From Acidimicrobiaceae bacterium (GTDB taxonomy: Bacteria > Actinomycetota > Acidimicrobiia > Acidimicrobiales > Aldehydirespiratoraceae), in assembly GCA_026710865.1 (NCBI GenBank), contig JAPOQG010000255.1, positions 484 through 64,483 on the forward strand: a stretch of DNA of 64,000 nt, read 5' to 3'. This document shows, one piece after another, positions 1 through 8,357 of this stretch; the stretch's first letter is position 1, and each line of letters starts with the position of its first letter. A model generated the notes under the pieces. That model had not been told where the DNA came from and did no database searches. It was given only the letters and a program-made list of their open reading frames with translations. Both the position numbers and the translations under genes were made by a program.

Positions 1-1033
1 GGTCGACGGCCACGTAGCAGTGGAAGTGCGTGCCCGAGTTCGGGTAGTGCACCCCCACGACTGAACCGAAGCGGTCCTTGAGGTTCGCGATCATCTCCGC
101 CTCGCGGGGCACCCGCCCGAGGTTGAGATGCTCATGTGAGTTCCCGCCGACCACATCCACCCAGACCGCGCCGTTGCGCTGCATCACCGTGCACACGTCG
201 ATGCGGTTGCGGGTCGAGCGGTCCGAGGAGTACCCGGAGAACTCGCCGAACGGCCCCTCGTCCTCATCGGCGGCAGGATCGATCTCGCCCTCCAGCACGA
301 CCTCCGCCGACGCGGGGACGCGCAGGCCGTGCTTCGGTGTGCGCACCACCTGCAGGGGCTCGCCGAGGAGTCCTCCCGCGATCTCGCGCTCGTCGACGTC
401 GAACGGGGCCCGGGCCGACGCGGCCAGCATGAACAGCGGGTGGGCGCCGATGACCATCGCCACGGGAAGCCGCCTGCCGGCGGCGGCGGCATCCTGCAGC
501 AGGCGCCAGAGGTCTCCACGGGAGTGCAGGCTCGTGCCGAGCGATGTCGGGGAGGCGACGACCGAGCGGTGGTAGCTGAGGTTGCCCCGGCCGCCGGCGG
601 AATCCTCGGCCACCACGATCCCGCTTGTGATGTAGGGGCCTGCGTCGGTCGCGAAATGGGTCAGCAGCGGCAACTCGAAGAGATCGATGCGGTCGCCGGC
701 CTCGACTCGGCCGGTGACCGGACCGTCGTCGAGCTCGGCCATCTCCATCGAGTTTGCGGCCAGGTGCTGGTACCGGTCGTGGAGCTCGCCCGGGCGGGCG
801 CCGAGCATCCGCTCGATCCGCACCCGGGACGCGAAGAGGTTGGTCACGACCTCCCGGTCGGCGCCCGTCACACACGGGAAGCGCAGCAGCGGATGCTCGC
901 CCCGGTCGGCCAGCTCCCACACGACTGCGGTGATGTCCTGGTCCAGCGAGACCTCCCGGTCGACGGTGCGGACGTCGTCGGGATGCGCGGCCTCGTAGCG
1001 GCGGACGAAGTCCTGGAGGCTCTGGCCACCCAT
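1..1033 (-). CDS. UbiD-family (prenyl-FMN type) aromatic acid decarboxylase, partial: N-terminus in window, C-terminus runs off left edge
   Basis: Own translation of minus strand from ATG (complement of 1031-1033): MGGQSLQDFVRRYEAAHPDD...GPYITSGIVV...NLSYHRS...GPFGEFSGYSS, open to position 1. Not in ORF track because no stop in window. Listed ORFs 264..1151(-) and 329..1060(+) are shadow frames. Confidence 0.8.
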   Translation of the reverse strand, partial: MGGQSLQDFVRRYEAAHPDDVRTVDREVSLDQDITAVVWELADRGEHPLLRFPCVTGADREVVTNLFASRVRIERMLGARPGELHDRYQHLAANSMEMAELDDGPVTGRVEAGDRIDLFELPLLTHFATDAGPYITSGIVVAEDSAGGRGNLSYHRSVVASPTSLGTSLHSRGDLWRLLQDAAAAGRRLPVAMVIGAHPLFMLAASARAPFDVDEREIAGGLLGEPLQVVRTPKHGLRVPASAEVVLEGEIDPAADEDEGPFGEFSGYSSDRSTRNRIDVCTVMQRNGAVWVDVVGGNSHEHLNLGRVPREAEMIANLKDRFGSVVGVHYPNSGTHFHCYVAVD

Positions 1034-1178
1034 GTCGACCTATCGACTCGGGTTCCTTGAGGCCGTTGCCGATGGCACTGCCAGGCTTCTTGGTGCGATT
1101 TGTGTGGACTGGCTGCTCGAAACCATCCCGAGATTCCCGCTGGGCTCGCAAACAGCCACCCGAACCGACAACTCGCGG

Positions 1179-2099
1179 CTAGTCGGTGGGGGTGCCGTAG
1201 CGGCCGTCGGCGAGTTGTTGTTTGGCGTCATCGACGGTGGCGGGGGGCGCGGTGGGTGCGATGCCCACGAGCCGGGCGATGTTGTTGCCCATGTAGTCCT
1301 CGAGCTGGTCCTCTGTGGCGTTGATGCCCTGGGGGGCGTCATGGCACAGCACCTCGAGATGGGTGAGCCACATGCCGGGGTCGTTGGGCGGCGAGTCGGT
1401 GCCGAACACCAGGCGGTCCCGGGGCATCTCCTTGGCGAACTCCACGATGCGCGACTGCAGCAGCCAGCCCGACTCGCCGTAGACGTTGGGGGAGTCCATG
1501 ATCATCCAGAACGCCTCGAAGCAGTACACGCCGCCGGTCTGGACCCCGAAGTGCCCGATGATGAACTTCACGTCGGGGAACTCCCGGATGATGGGGTAGA
1601 ACTGCGTCGGGATCGAATAGGGCCCGTCACCGGTGTGGATCAGCACCACCACACCCAACTCGTCGCACTTGCGCATCACCGGGCGCAGCCAGTCCAACGC
1701 CCGGTCCGGTCGGTAGGCGTGCATGTTTGCGTGCAGCTTCAACATCTTGAACCCGTACTCGCGCACATGGAACTCCAACTCGGCGGCGCCGTTGTCGGGA
1801 CCGAACCGCGGGTTGTAGTTGAAGTTGCCGATGAACCGGTCCGGGTAGCGCTGGGTCAACTCGGCCACATAGGCCATGTAGTCGCGAATGCCCTCGCGGC
1901 CCGAGCGTCCGCCGTCGCGCCACGCCGTGTTCCCCGGCGGGGGCTGGATGAAACCCATGTCGATGCGCCGCGGCTTGCCGTTGATCCAATACGGCCCGTC
2001 CATCATGGCCAGCATCCGCTCACCCGTGAACGGCTCGCCGGTGTGGCGCCAAGCCTCATCGACAACGTTGGTCGGATGCAGATGGGTGTCGATGATCAT
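1179..2099 (-). CDS. Amidohydrolase_2-family metal-dependent hydrolase/decarboxylase (ACMSD/LigW-like)
   Basis: ORF 1179..2207(-). Conserved part starts MIIDTHLHP (ATG at 2099, GGAG 7 nt upstream), later HTGDG and FGTDSP motifs typical of the TIM-barrel amidohydrolase_2 fold. Confidence 0.75.
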   Translation of the reverse strand: MIIDTHLHPTNVVDEAWRHTGEPFTGERMLAMMDGPYWINGKPRRIDMGFIQPPPGNTAWRDGGRSGREGIRDYMAYVAELTQRYPDRFIGNFNYNPRFGPDNGAAELEFHVREYGFKMLKLHANMHAYRPDRALDWLRPVMRKCDELGVVVLIHTGDGPYSIPTQFYPIIREFPDVKFIIGHFGVQTGGVYCFEAFWMIMDSPNVYGESGWLLQSRIVEFAKEMPRDRLVFGTDSPPNDPGMWLTHLEVLCHDAPQGINATEDQLEDYMGNNIARLVGIAPTAPPATVDDAKQQLADGRYGTPTD

Positions 2100-2169
2100 G
2101 CTGGAAGCTCCTTGCCGGTCGGGCCTGATAGTCCCACGGGTGCTCGGCGGCGGGCCAAACCGGTCGCTT

Positions 2170-3198
2170 TCAGGTCGGGTGGACTGCGGGCTGGGAGCCC
2201 GCGACACAACGCTGAAGGTAGCCCGCCAGCCGGTCGCGGTCCAGGTTCTTGCCGATGAAGACCGCCCTGCTGTCGCGGTGGGGACCCTCCCACCGGTCGA
2301 GGTCGTGCATCTCGAAGATCCGGTGCACGCCCTGCAGCGCGACCCGCCGGTCGTTGCCCGCGATGGCGAGCACCCCCTTCCAGCGCAACAGGTCGGCGCC
2401 GTGGGCGGCTGCGATCTCTCGGGCCGCGGCCTCCACCAGGCCCCCGTCGAGCTCCCCGACGATCCTCACCGCGAGGCTCTCCACGGCGGGATCGTGGCTG
2501 TGCACAAAGTGGTTCTCCAGGAACGAGGGCTCGGCTGCGGCCCGTTGCGAGATCTCGAACGCCTGGATGCCAAGGATCGCGTCCAGGTTCACCCGCGCGT
2601 AGCTCGACCGATCGATCTCGGATCGCTGGTTCAGCTTCCTGACGCGCTGCTCGATCCGCTCGACCGTGCCGTCATCGACCAGGTCGACCTTGTTCACGAT
2701 GATCCGGTCGGCGCTGATGATCTGGTCGACGGCCTGGCTGTTGATGCCGTCGTAGCGGACATCGTCGAGGTGCTGCTCGATGTGCTTGGAGTCGATCAAC
2801 GTGACGATGGCGTCCAGGGCCACCTCGTCCAGGATCTCGTCGTCCACGAAGAAGGCCTGCGCGACGGGCATCGGGTCGGCGAGACCGCTGGTCTCGATGA
2901 GGATGCAGTCGATGCGGTCACGGCGGCCCATCAGCTTCCGGATCACCTCGAGCAGGTCGCCGCGCACCGACGCGACGCAGCAGATGCAGCCGTTGCTCAT
3001 CTCGTAGATCTCCTCATCGGAGGAGACCACCAGGTCCGAGTCGATGCTGATCTCGCCGAACTCGTTCTCGATGACGGCGATGCGCTTGCCGTGGTTCTCG
3101 CGCAGGATGTAGTTGAGCAGCGTCGTCTTGCCCGACCCCAGGAAGCCGGTCAGGATGGTCACCGGCAGCTTCGCCGACCGACGGGTGGCAACAGTCAT
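2170..3198 (-). CDS. COG0523/CobW-family GTPase metallochaperone
   Basis: P-loop [12 protein letters not shown], CxCC motif [14 protein letters not shown] switch and CobW C-terminal domain in the 342-aa ORF. Confidence 0.85.
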   Translation of the reverse strand: MTVATRRSAKLPVTILTGFLGSGKTTLLNYILRENHGKRIAVIENEFGEISIDSDLVVSSDEEIYEMSNGCICCVASVRGDLLEVIRKLMGRRDRIDCILIETSGLADPMPVAQAFFVDDEILDEVALDAIVTLIDSKHIEQHLDDVRYDGINSQAVDQIISADRIIVNKVDLVDDGTVERIEQRVRKLNQRSEIDRSSYARVNLDAILGIQAFEISQRAAAEPSFLENHFVHSHDPAVESLAVRIVGELDGGLVEAAAREIAAAHGADLLRWKGVLAIAGNDRRVALQGVHRIFEMHDLDRWEGPHRDSRAVFIGKNLDRDRLAGYLQRCVAGSQPAVHPT

Positions 3199-3199
3199 C

Positions 3200-3316
3200 G
3201 AAGCGCCGGCTGTGTTTCCCGCTCTTGTTCGCTGCGCTCACGGGCCGCTCGGGCCACGGCCTCGCTCTGCGCCTCGCGATCTCCGTACAGCGGTGCGCCC
3301 ACCCGCTCGGCCTCTA
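3200..3316 (-). repeat. REP/MIRU-like intergenic element, copy A (between NYN gene stop and COG0523 start)
   Basis: Core ttcccgctcttgttcgctgcgctcacgggccgctcgggccacggcctcgc (3216-3265) is near-identical to 17624-17673 and to the reverse complement of 58751-58816. The element ends in ccgctcggcctcta, whose complement supplies the TAG stop of the NYN gene. Confidence 0.6.
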
Positions 3317-4144
3317 GCGCTCCGGTTCGGGGGGCCAGTCCTGGACTTCCTGGTCGATGCGGTTCCAGAAGGCCTGGCGCACTGCCCTCCTGAGTCGATC
3401 CTGGCCCCGCAGGCTTCCGCCGATCACGTTCTCGACGGCGTAGAGCAGATCGCCGTCGAGCGACTCCGGTATGCGGGGCCGCTGGTCGAGCAGGGCGTCG
3501 AACTCGTCGTCGCTGGCCCGGTACAGCCAACTCTCGGCGAACTCGGCCGCGGCCGCGGCCACCGAGTCGACGGGATCGTAGGTGTCGGAGGCGGCGTCGT
3601 CGGGAGCCCGGCGGCGGCGGATGAACCTCGAGAGGTCGTCCTTGGTGAGCTGGATCACTTCGTCCGCCTCGCTCGCCAGGCTGGCCGTCGGGTCCCCCCG
3701 CCCGTCGCGCGACGCGATATTGATGAGCGTGACTCGCAGCCCCTGATCCTGGACCTCCCTGACCGTGTCGATGAGGTCCTCGTCAGCCGCCAGCAGGAAC
3801 GCGTCGCAGATGGCCCGCTCCCGGGCCAGCGTGGCGAGGTCGCGCTTGATTGCCTCGTTCAGCGGCGTCTGCTGCGCGGGGTCGCCCCGCTGGAGCCGGA
3901 GCTTCATGTTGGGAAGGGTGGCGATGAGCTGCTGGGCCGAGGTCGGCACCCCGTCCTTGGAGGTGTCGTACCAGTAGGTGCGCAGGGGTTGGAGATCGCA
4001 GGCGTCGGTGGCCAGGCCGACCAGGAAGTCGTTCGCGCCGAGCCCGTACAGGAGGATCTCCTGACGCTCAGGGCTGTTGCAGCACAGCATCCCGCCCTCC
4101 GCGTAGAGGTACTCAGCGTCAACAAAGATTGCGTAGCGGTCCAC
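3314..4144 (-). CDS. NYN (LabA-like/PIN-like) domain protein
   Basis: 276-aa ORF: N-terminal IFVDAEYLY and later FLLAADEDLIDTVREVQDQGLRVTLI match the LabA/NYN pattern (D..N, sgDsD, G..V). C-terminal half unassigned. Confidence 0.6.
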   Translation of the reverse strand: MDRYAIFVDAEYLYAEGGMLCCNSPERQEILLYGLGANDFLVGLATDACDLQPLRTYWYDTSKDGVPTSAQQLIATLPNMKLRLQRGDPAQQTPLNEAIKRDLATLARERAICDAFLLAADEDLIDTVREVQDQGLRVTLINIASRDGRGDPTASLASEADEVIQLTKDDLSRFIRRRRAPDDAASDTYDPVDSVAAAAAEFAESWLYRASDDEFDALLDQRPRIPESLDGDLLYAVENVIGGSLRGQDRLRRAVRQAFWNRIDQEVQDWPPEPER

Positions 4145-4256
4145 GCAGCATCACCCCCCGCGCGAGGAAGAAGTCCGGCCGGACCTCACGCGCCCCCGGC
4201 GCAGTGCCCTCTCAGAACCTGCAGCATAGCCGGTGATCGCAGCGCTAGCCATCGTG

Positions 4257-4330
4257 TACGCCCCCTGGGACTCGAACCCAGAACCTGCGGATTAAGAGTC
4301 CGTTGCTCTGCCAAATTGAGCTAGAGGCGC
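4257..4330 (-). tRNA. tRNA-Lys (anticodon CTT)
   Basis: Reverse complement folds as cloverleaf: acceptor gcgcctc/ggggcgt (two G-U), D arm gctc..gagc, anticodon loop ctCTTaa, T arm ctggg-ttcgagt-cccag. No encoded CCA. Confidence 0.85.
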
Positions 4331-4402
4331 TCGTGCGACGGGCCAGGATAGCGCACCGCCGACAGTCCCGCCCCCGCCTGCAGGGCAGGAGGGAGGGGTA
4401 CG

Positions 4403-4477
4403 GGTGACCGAGGGGAGTCGAACCCCCGACCTCCGGGACCACAACCCGGCGCTCTAACCGACTGAGCTACGGCCACC
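4403..4477 (-). tRNA. tRNA-His (anticodon GTG) with encoded G-1
   Basis: Reverse complement g-gtggccg ta gctcagtcggttagagc g ccggg ttGTGgt cccgg aggtc ggggg ttcgact cccct cggtcac c. The extra 5' G opposite discriminator C is the His identity feature. Confidence 0.9.
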
Positions 4478-4576
4478 ATGTCCGCCGAAGCGGAGACCCG
4501 CAAGCCTACCGACCGCTGGAGCCCGGTCGAACGCGCGCGCCCGGGTGCCGTCCCGACCCGGCGGTAGCCTTGGGCC

Positions 4577-4650
4577 GCCCCCGTAGCTCAAATGGATAGA
4601 GCGGAGGGTTTCTACCCCTCAGGTTGCGGGTTCGAGTCCTGTCGGGGGCG
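4577..4650 (+). tRNA. tRNA-Arg (anticodon TCT)
   Basis: gcccccg ta gctc aaatggat a gagc g gaggg ttTCTac ccctc aggtt gcggg ttcgagt cctgt cgggggc g. Full cloverleaf. Confidence 0.9.
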
Positions 4651-4895
4651 CGTCTGGGACGGGTCACACCTAGCGTGCCCGACCCCTGACACCAAGCGCC
4701 CGGGAGGGTTCTGAGAGGGTGTCTTGGCCCCGTCTTGGGCGAGGCCACCGGAAGACGGACGGGTCCAGGGATGCGGAACCGTCTGTCGCACAGGTTCGCG
4801 TTGGCCGGGTCAGTGTGCACGAACAGGATGTAGGCCCGAACCGGATGACTGCTGCCCAATGCGCACCAGTTGGCGCAATGAGATACACTCAAGGT

Positions 4896-5777
4896 ATGTC
4901 CAGCCTGGCCAGGATGCGCCCGGGCGAGGTGCGCGAACGTCTCCTTGCTGAGGGCAGGTGCTTCGCGTCGAGGGCGCGGCTGTGCGCGATGCTAGGCGTC
5001 GCCGCCGAGGCGCTGCCGAGTTCGTTGCGGCGGGCGGTCGCCCGGGGGGACTTCGTAAGGGTCTGCCGCGGGGGCTGGGTGGCCCGCGACGACCTCTGCA
5101 AGAGCACGGCGCGGCCGCTGCCGGATCTGGAGCTGTACGTCGACGACATGATGCGCCACCTCGGGCATCGCTACTATCTGGGGTTCAACGCGGCCGCTGC
5201 CGTTCATGGCGCTGTGCGCCGCGGCTTCTCGAACACAGTGGTCGTTACCTCCGCACGGACCGTGCATCGCACCGCTGCACGCCGAGGCGAGTGCAGCACC
5301 ATGGTCGTCACCTACATGCACAGCGCGGCCCCCCACCGCCGCGGCTTCGACCGGCGGCGGTTGCCCGAGGGCTTCTATCCGCCTGAGACGTTCGTGAACT
5401 ACTCGACTCCCGAGGTCACCTTCCTGGACATGGTTCACACCCCGGCGCAGGCTGGGGGACTCGACCAGGTCGCGACGGTCGCCCTCGACCTGGTGGAGGG
5501 CGCCTGCCTCGACCTCGAGGTGCTGGCGGCCCAGGCGCTCACCTACCCGCAGTCCGTGCGCCAGCGCGCCGGGCACATTCTCGACGCCGTGTCCAGAGTC
5601 GCCGACGGCGTCGTGGACACCGATCCGCTGGCCGCAACGATCAGCGCGACGGTGGCCGTCACGCCGCTGATGCCCGGTGTGGACCGTTTCTTCGCGCCCA
5701 CCTGCGACGACGACCCCATCGCCGTCGACGCCCGCTGGCGGGTGCGGGTCAACACCCGGTTGGACCCCGACGGATGA
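4896..5777 (+). CDS. abiEi: AbiEi-family type IV toxin-antitoxin antitoxin (copy 1)
   Basis: In-frame part of ORF 4719..5777. N-terminal wHTH (LPSSLRRAVARGDFVRVCRGGW) plus C-terminal AbiEi-like domain, stop overlaps the start of an AbiEii-like reading frame (ATGA at 5774). Start could also be ATG 4878. Confidence 0.65.
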   Translation: MSSLARMRPGEVRERLLAEGRCFASRARLCAMLGVAAEALPSSLRRAVARGDFVRVCRGGWVARDDLCKSTARPLPDLELYVDDMMRHLGHRYYLGFNAAAAVHGAVRRGFSNTVVVTSARTVHRTAARRGECSTMVVTYMHSAAPHRRGFDRRRLPEGFYPPETFVNYSTPEVTFLDMVHTPAQAGGLDQVATVALDLVEGACLDLEVLAAQALTYPQSVRQRAGHILDAVSRVADGVVDTDPLAATISATVAVTPLMPGVDRFFAPTCDDDPIAVDARWRVRVNTRLDPDG

Positions 5778-6036
5778 TCACCCCAGCCGACGCCGCCGCC
5801 TGGCAGAACGCCAGCCCGGTCGCGCTGAACGCGGCGCAGGCCGAGCAGGAAATGCTGCTGAGGCGCCTGATCATCGAACTCGGCAATGACCCGCTTCTCG
5901 CCGGCACCGTCGTCTGTTCCGGGGGGCACGACACTGCACCCCCAGCGGGTTCAGCCTCCAGCAAGCGCAGAACGTGTATCTCGGCATCGTGGACGAGGTC
6001 GAGAAGATCCTCAAGACCCAAGAGCCGCCGCAATGA
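5774..6036 (+). pseudogene. AbiEii nucleotidyltransferase toxin remnant (N-terminal ~55 aa, frameshifts, internal deletion, C-terminal ~30 aa)
   Basis: MITPADAAAWQ...EQEMLLRRLIIELGNDPLLAGTVV matches the AbiEii N-terminus. The expected F-x-GGT-x-LH motif is only readable across frames (GGTTLHP in frame of ORF 5886). A third frame gives SGFSLQQAQNVYLGIVDEVEKILKTQEPPQ-stop (TGA 6034-6036), resembling the C-terminus of the intact copy at 9049..10407. Confidence 0.5.
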
Positions 6037-6090
6037 CCATGGACCAGACGACACCGCGGTTGTGCGGCAAGGGCAACTGAGACCGAAGAG

Positions 6091-6564
6091 GTGTCCGTGG
6101 ATGCAGCCGGGCGAGCAGCGAAGGTGGTGCCATTCATGCTGAGACGGCCTGCCAGCGTTCGGTCTGACCCACCCGTGTCGGAGTTGTCCCTGTCGAGCGA
6201 TGACGGGAGAATCCGCGAATGGGTGGCCCAAGCCCATGAGCGCACCGCCGTGGAGGCCATCGAGTCGCCGCCCGGGTTCGTCGCGGACTGCGACGCGGCC
6301 CCCGGGGCGCTGGCCTTCGCCAGCACCGCGGAAGCAGCGATCGAGGAAATGCGCTCAGTCCTGCTCGGCTGGGCAAGCCTCAGAGTCGAACGCGGCCACG
6401 ACCTCCCGGTCCTACCTGCGGCTCTCGAGGTGGGGTTTCGAGTCCCTCGTCCCGAACCGGGCGGCGAGCCGGGCGCTGCTGGAACTGGTGGTTGGACCTC
6501 AGGTCGGCAAGCGGCCGACCGAGTGGTTGACACGGCCGCACACCCGTGCGGGGGCTCCCTGTGA
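6091..6564 (+). CDS. hicB: HicB-family antitoxin-like protein (copy 1), ORF limits uncertain, no hicA partner
   Basis: Core EWVAQAHERTAVEAIESPPGFVADCDAAPGALAFASTAEAAIEEMRSVLLGWASLRVERGHDLPVL fits the HicB/UPF0150 pattern (..pgF.A.c...PG....G.t.eEA..e....l..w......G..lP). The sequence after about 6420 has no HicA similarity. Confidence 0.5.
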   Translation: MSVDAAGRAAKVVPFMLRRPASVRSDPPVSELSLSSDDGRIREWVAQAHERTAVEAIESPPGFVADCDAAPGALAFASTAEAAIEEMRSVLLGWASLRVERGHDLPVLPAALEVGFRVPRPEPGGEPGAAGTGGWTSGRQAADRVVDTAAHPCGGSL

Positions 6565-6612
6565 TATCGTTGCAATGCAACACGATCCGGGAACACTCAA
6601 GGGTGATCGCAA

Positions 6613-6969
6613 GTGTCGGCACACGGCCATGACATACATCAGACGCACCGCACGCCGGCAAGCGGTTCCGTCTCAGAGAGGCGCGACAGCCGCCGCGGCG
6701 GGGTAGCCGAAGAGCCGCAACCTCGGATTGGGCGGTCCTGCGTCGACGAGTGGGTCGCTGAGGCGTTCACGCGCACCGTTGTGGATAAGATCGACTCCCC
6801 TCCGGGGTTTCTCGCTGACTGTGTTGTGGCCCCGGGCGCTATCACCGTCGGTCGCAGCGAACAAGAAGCACGAGACGAGATGCGCTCAGCTCTAACTGAC
6901 TGGGCCAACCTCAGAGTCGCCCGCGGCTACGACCTGCCGGAGCTTCCCAGCCGCGCCGCCGCGCCCTGA
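6613..6969 (+). CDS. hicB: HicB-family antitoxin (copy 2)
   Basis: EWVAEAFTRTVVDKIDSPPGFLADCVVAPGAITVGRSEQEARDEMRSALTDWANLRVARGYDLPELP. True start probably downstream of 6613. Followed immediately by a hicA reading frame. Confidence 0.6.
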   Translation: MSAHGHDIHQTHRTPASGSVSERRDSRRGGVAEEPQPRIGRSCVDEWVAEAFTRTVVDKIDSPPGFLADCVVAPGAITVGRSEQEARDEMRSALTDWANLRVARGYDLPELPSRAAAP

Positions 6970-6971
6970 CT

Positions 6972-7195
6972 GTGGGTGCCGGCTTCTCCCGATCTCGCGC
7001 CGCAAGTTCATCAAACGGCTCAAGGGGCTCGGCTTCGACGGGCCGCACGCTGGCACCAGACATGCATACATGGTCAAAGGGCCTCACCAAGTGCGGGTCC
7101 CCAACCCCCACGAAGGCGACATCGGGGTCGAGCAGCCCTCCCGGATACTCAAACAGGCAGACATCTCGCGAGACGAGTGGCTGGGATCGAGATAG
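6972..7195 (+). pseudogene. hicA: HicA-family mRNA interferase toxin, apparently frameshifted 9 nt after its GTG start
   Basis: Own translation of frame 2 (6977-7195): LLPISRRKFIKRLKGLGFDGPHAGTRHAYMVKGPHQVRVPNPHEGDIGVEQPSRILKQADISRDEWLGSR-stop. This frame has no ATG/GTG/TTG between the stop at 6893 and the conserved region. Alignment with the fragment at 10410 (gtggcagcccggctcac vs gtgggtgcc-ggcttctc) shows a 1-nt deletion relative to a GTG start at 6972. Confidence 0.6.
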
Positions 7196-7297
7196 ACGAC
7201 GCACACCTGGGTTCCCGTCTTTGGCGATCTCTGCTGGCAGCTCCGGCGGGCAGCCTGGATGGCCGGCCGCGGCACAACGATCCGATCTCGACCCGGC

Positions 7298-7356
7298 GCA
7301 GGAAGAGCGTCCACCTCGCACGCGGAAGGTCGCGGGTTCGACTCCCGCCTTCTGCG
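7298..7356 (+). pseudogene. tRNA-like remnant (acceptor + anticodon arm + T arm, 5' half of the D arm and D loop missing), anticodon loop reads CGC
   Basis: gcaggaa|gagc g tccac ctCGCac gcgga aggtc gcggg ttcgact cccgc cttctgc g. Canonical T arm and variable loop, acceptor 6/7 paired, one A-C mismatch in the anticodon stem. Does not match any of the four intact tRNAs in the window. Confidence 0.35.
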
Positions 7357-7559
7357 TACTGCCCGTACGCGAGTCAAGTGTCGCCATGTACAGCACGAAG
7401 CCGCCGGAGATGACACACGCCGTCACAAGTGTCACTATGTGCGCTGGGGCGGACGTGCTCGGCCTGGGCCGCGGTCAGCGTGCTCGGCGGACGTGCTGGG
7501 GCGGCGACGGACTCGGGCTGGACGGCGCTTTGAGGGGTAGGGGGGGCAGGTCGCCATAG

Positions 7560-7771
7560 CCGTTGCGCTGTCCGGCGCGCCCGCCCCCGGCGCGCGAGTT
7601 CCAGTTCCGCCCCAGCCACGACGTGACCTCGTCCTCAAGGACCTGCGGCAACACAAGCCGCGCCGACAGGCCCATCACCTCCTCTGGGACCTCCGCGATG
7701 TCACGTCCCGAACCGAACAACTCGTCGATCTCGGCGCGGACAGCTTCTGTGGGCGATACTCGTGCAGACAC
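7560..7771 (-). mobile_element. IS256-family transposase, N-terminal fragment only
   Basis: ORF 7475..7771(-): EIDELFGSGRDIAEVPEEVMGLSARLVLPQVLEDEVTSWLGRNWNSRA..GQRNGY matches the conserved IS256/mutator N-terminus (..L.EAEVt..lG.......R.GyRNGy). Similarity stops after RNGY and no DDE domain follows. Imperfect 12-nt inverted repeat ggcgtaggctcc/ggaacctacgcc at 7773-7822 just upstream. Confidence 0.55.
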
Positions 7772-8073
7772 AGGCGTAGGCTCCCTCGTGAGCAGGCAAC
7801 TTGCTGAAGGAACCTACGCCCACACCGCTATTACACCTGCGATGGGACGCCACCGTGGCGAACCGTCAAGTCCGACGCCGGGGCCGGCGCCGCCGCCGCT
7901 GTGCACCCACATCGGCGTGCGCTCGAAGCGCCGCTGCGTGCTGGCATACGGGCACGCAGGCGACGACCGCTACAAGCGCTGAGCGGAACCCCTTGCTCGG
8001 CGGGATGTCCTGACCGGTGCATGCCGATCCACATCGAGGGCGCACAACAGCGTTCGAGCGGATGCGTATCGTC

Positions 8074-8171
8074 GTTCGGTCTGGCCCACCCGTGTCGGAG
8101 TTGTTGTCCCTGTCGGGCGACGACGGGAGAATCCGTGAATGGGTGGACCGGGACCATGAGCGCACCGCCGT
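8074..8171 (+). pseudogene. hicB 5' fragment (paralogue of 6157-6251)
   Basis: About 95 nt roughly 88% identical by eye to 6157-6251 with a 3-nt indel. Encodes VRSGPPVSELLSLSGDDGRIREWVDRDHERTAV, then homology ends. Confidence 0.55.
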
Positions 8172-8217
8172 ATGGGGCGCTCTGGGTGGTGTGAGCGTGT
8201 CGGAGCCGACGCTGGGT

Positions 8218-8267
8218 CCGCTTCTCGCCGGCACCGTTGTCTGTTCGGGGGCCACGACACTGCACCC
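8218..8267 (+). repeat. abiEii 5' fragment (paralogue of 5891-5942) lying upstream of the second abiEi gene
   Basis: ccgcttctcgccggcaccgttgtctgttcgggggccacgacactgcacccc vs ccgcttctcgccggcaccgtcgtctgttccggggggcacgacactgcacccc. Confidence 0.55.
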
Positions 8268-8357
8268 CACCGGGGCATCAGCGGCATCGTTGATCGGCGC
8301 TGCCGCGCCATAAGCGTCATAACGCGGTAGCTATCCAGGGGTGGTAGGCTGGCGAGC

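Noticed and set aside
6412-6445. T-arm-like string ggtggggtttcgagtccctcgtcccgaacc downstream of hicB copy 1 (translated as RWGFESLVPN)
   Set aside because: The stem pairs poorly (4 of 5 including a G-U, with the terminal pair mismatched), and no matching acceptor 5' strand or anticodon arm is found upstream.
8095-8120. Similarity of cctgtcggg in the hicB 5' repeat (also 6185-6200) to the 3' end of tRNA-Arg (gagtcctgtcgggggcg), considered as an att site for the TA island
   Set aside because: Only 9 contiguous nt match, with indels on both sides, and the string lies inside a coding repeat. This is not convincing as an attachment site, so no clear boundary repeat was found for the 4.65-10.5 kb region.
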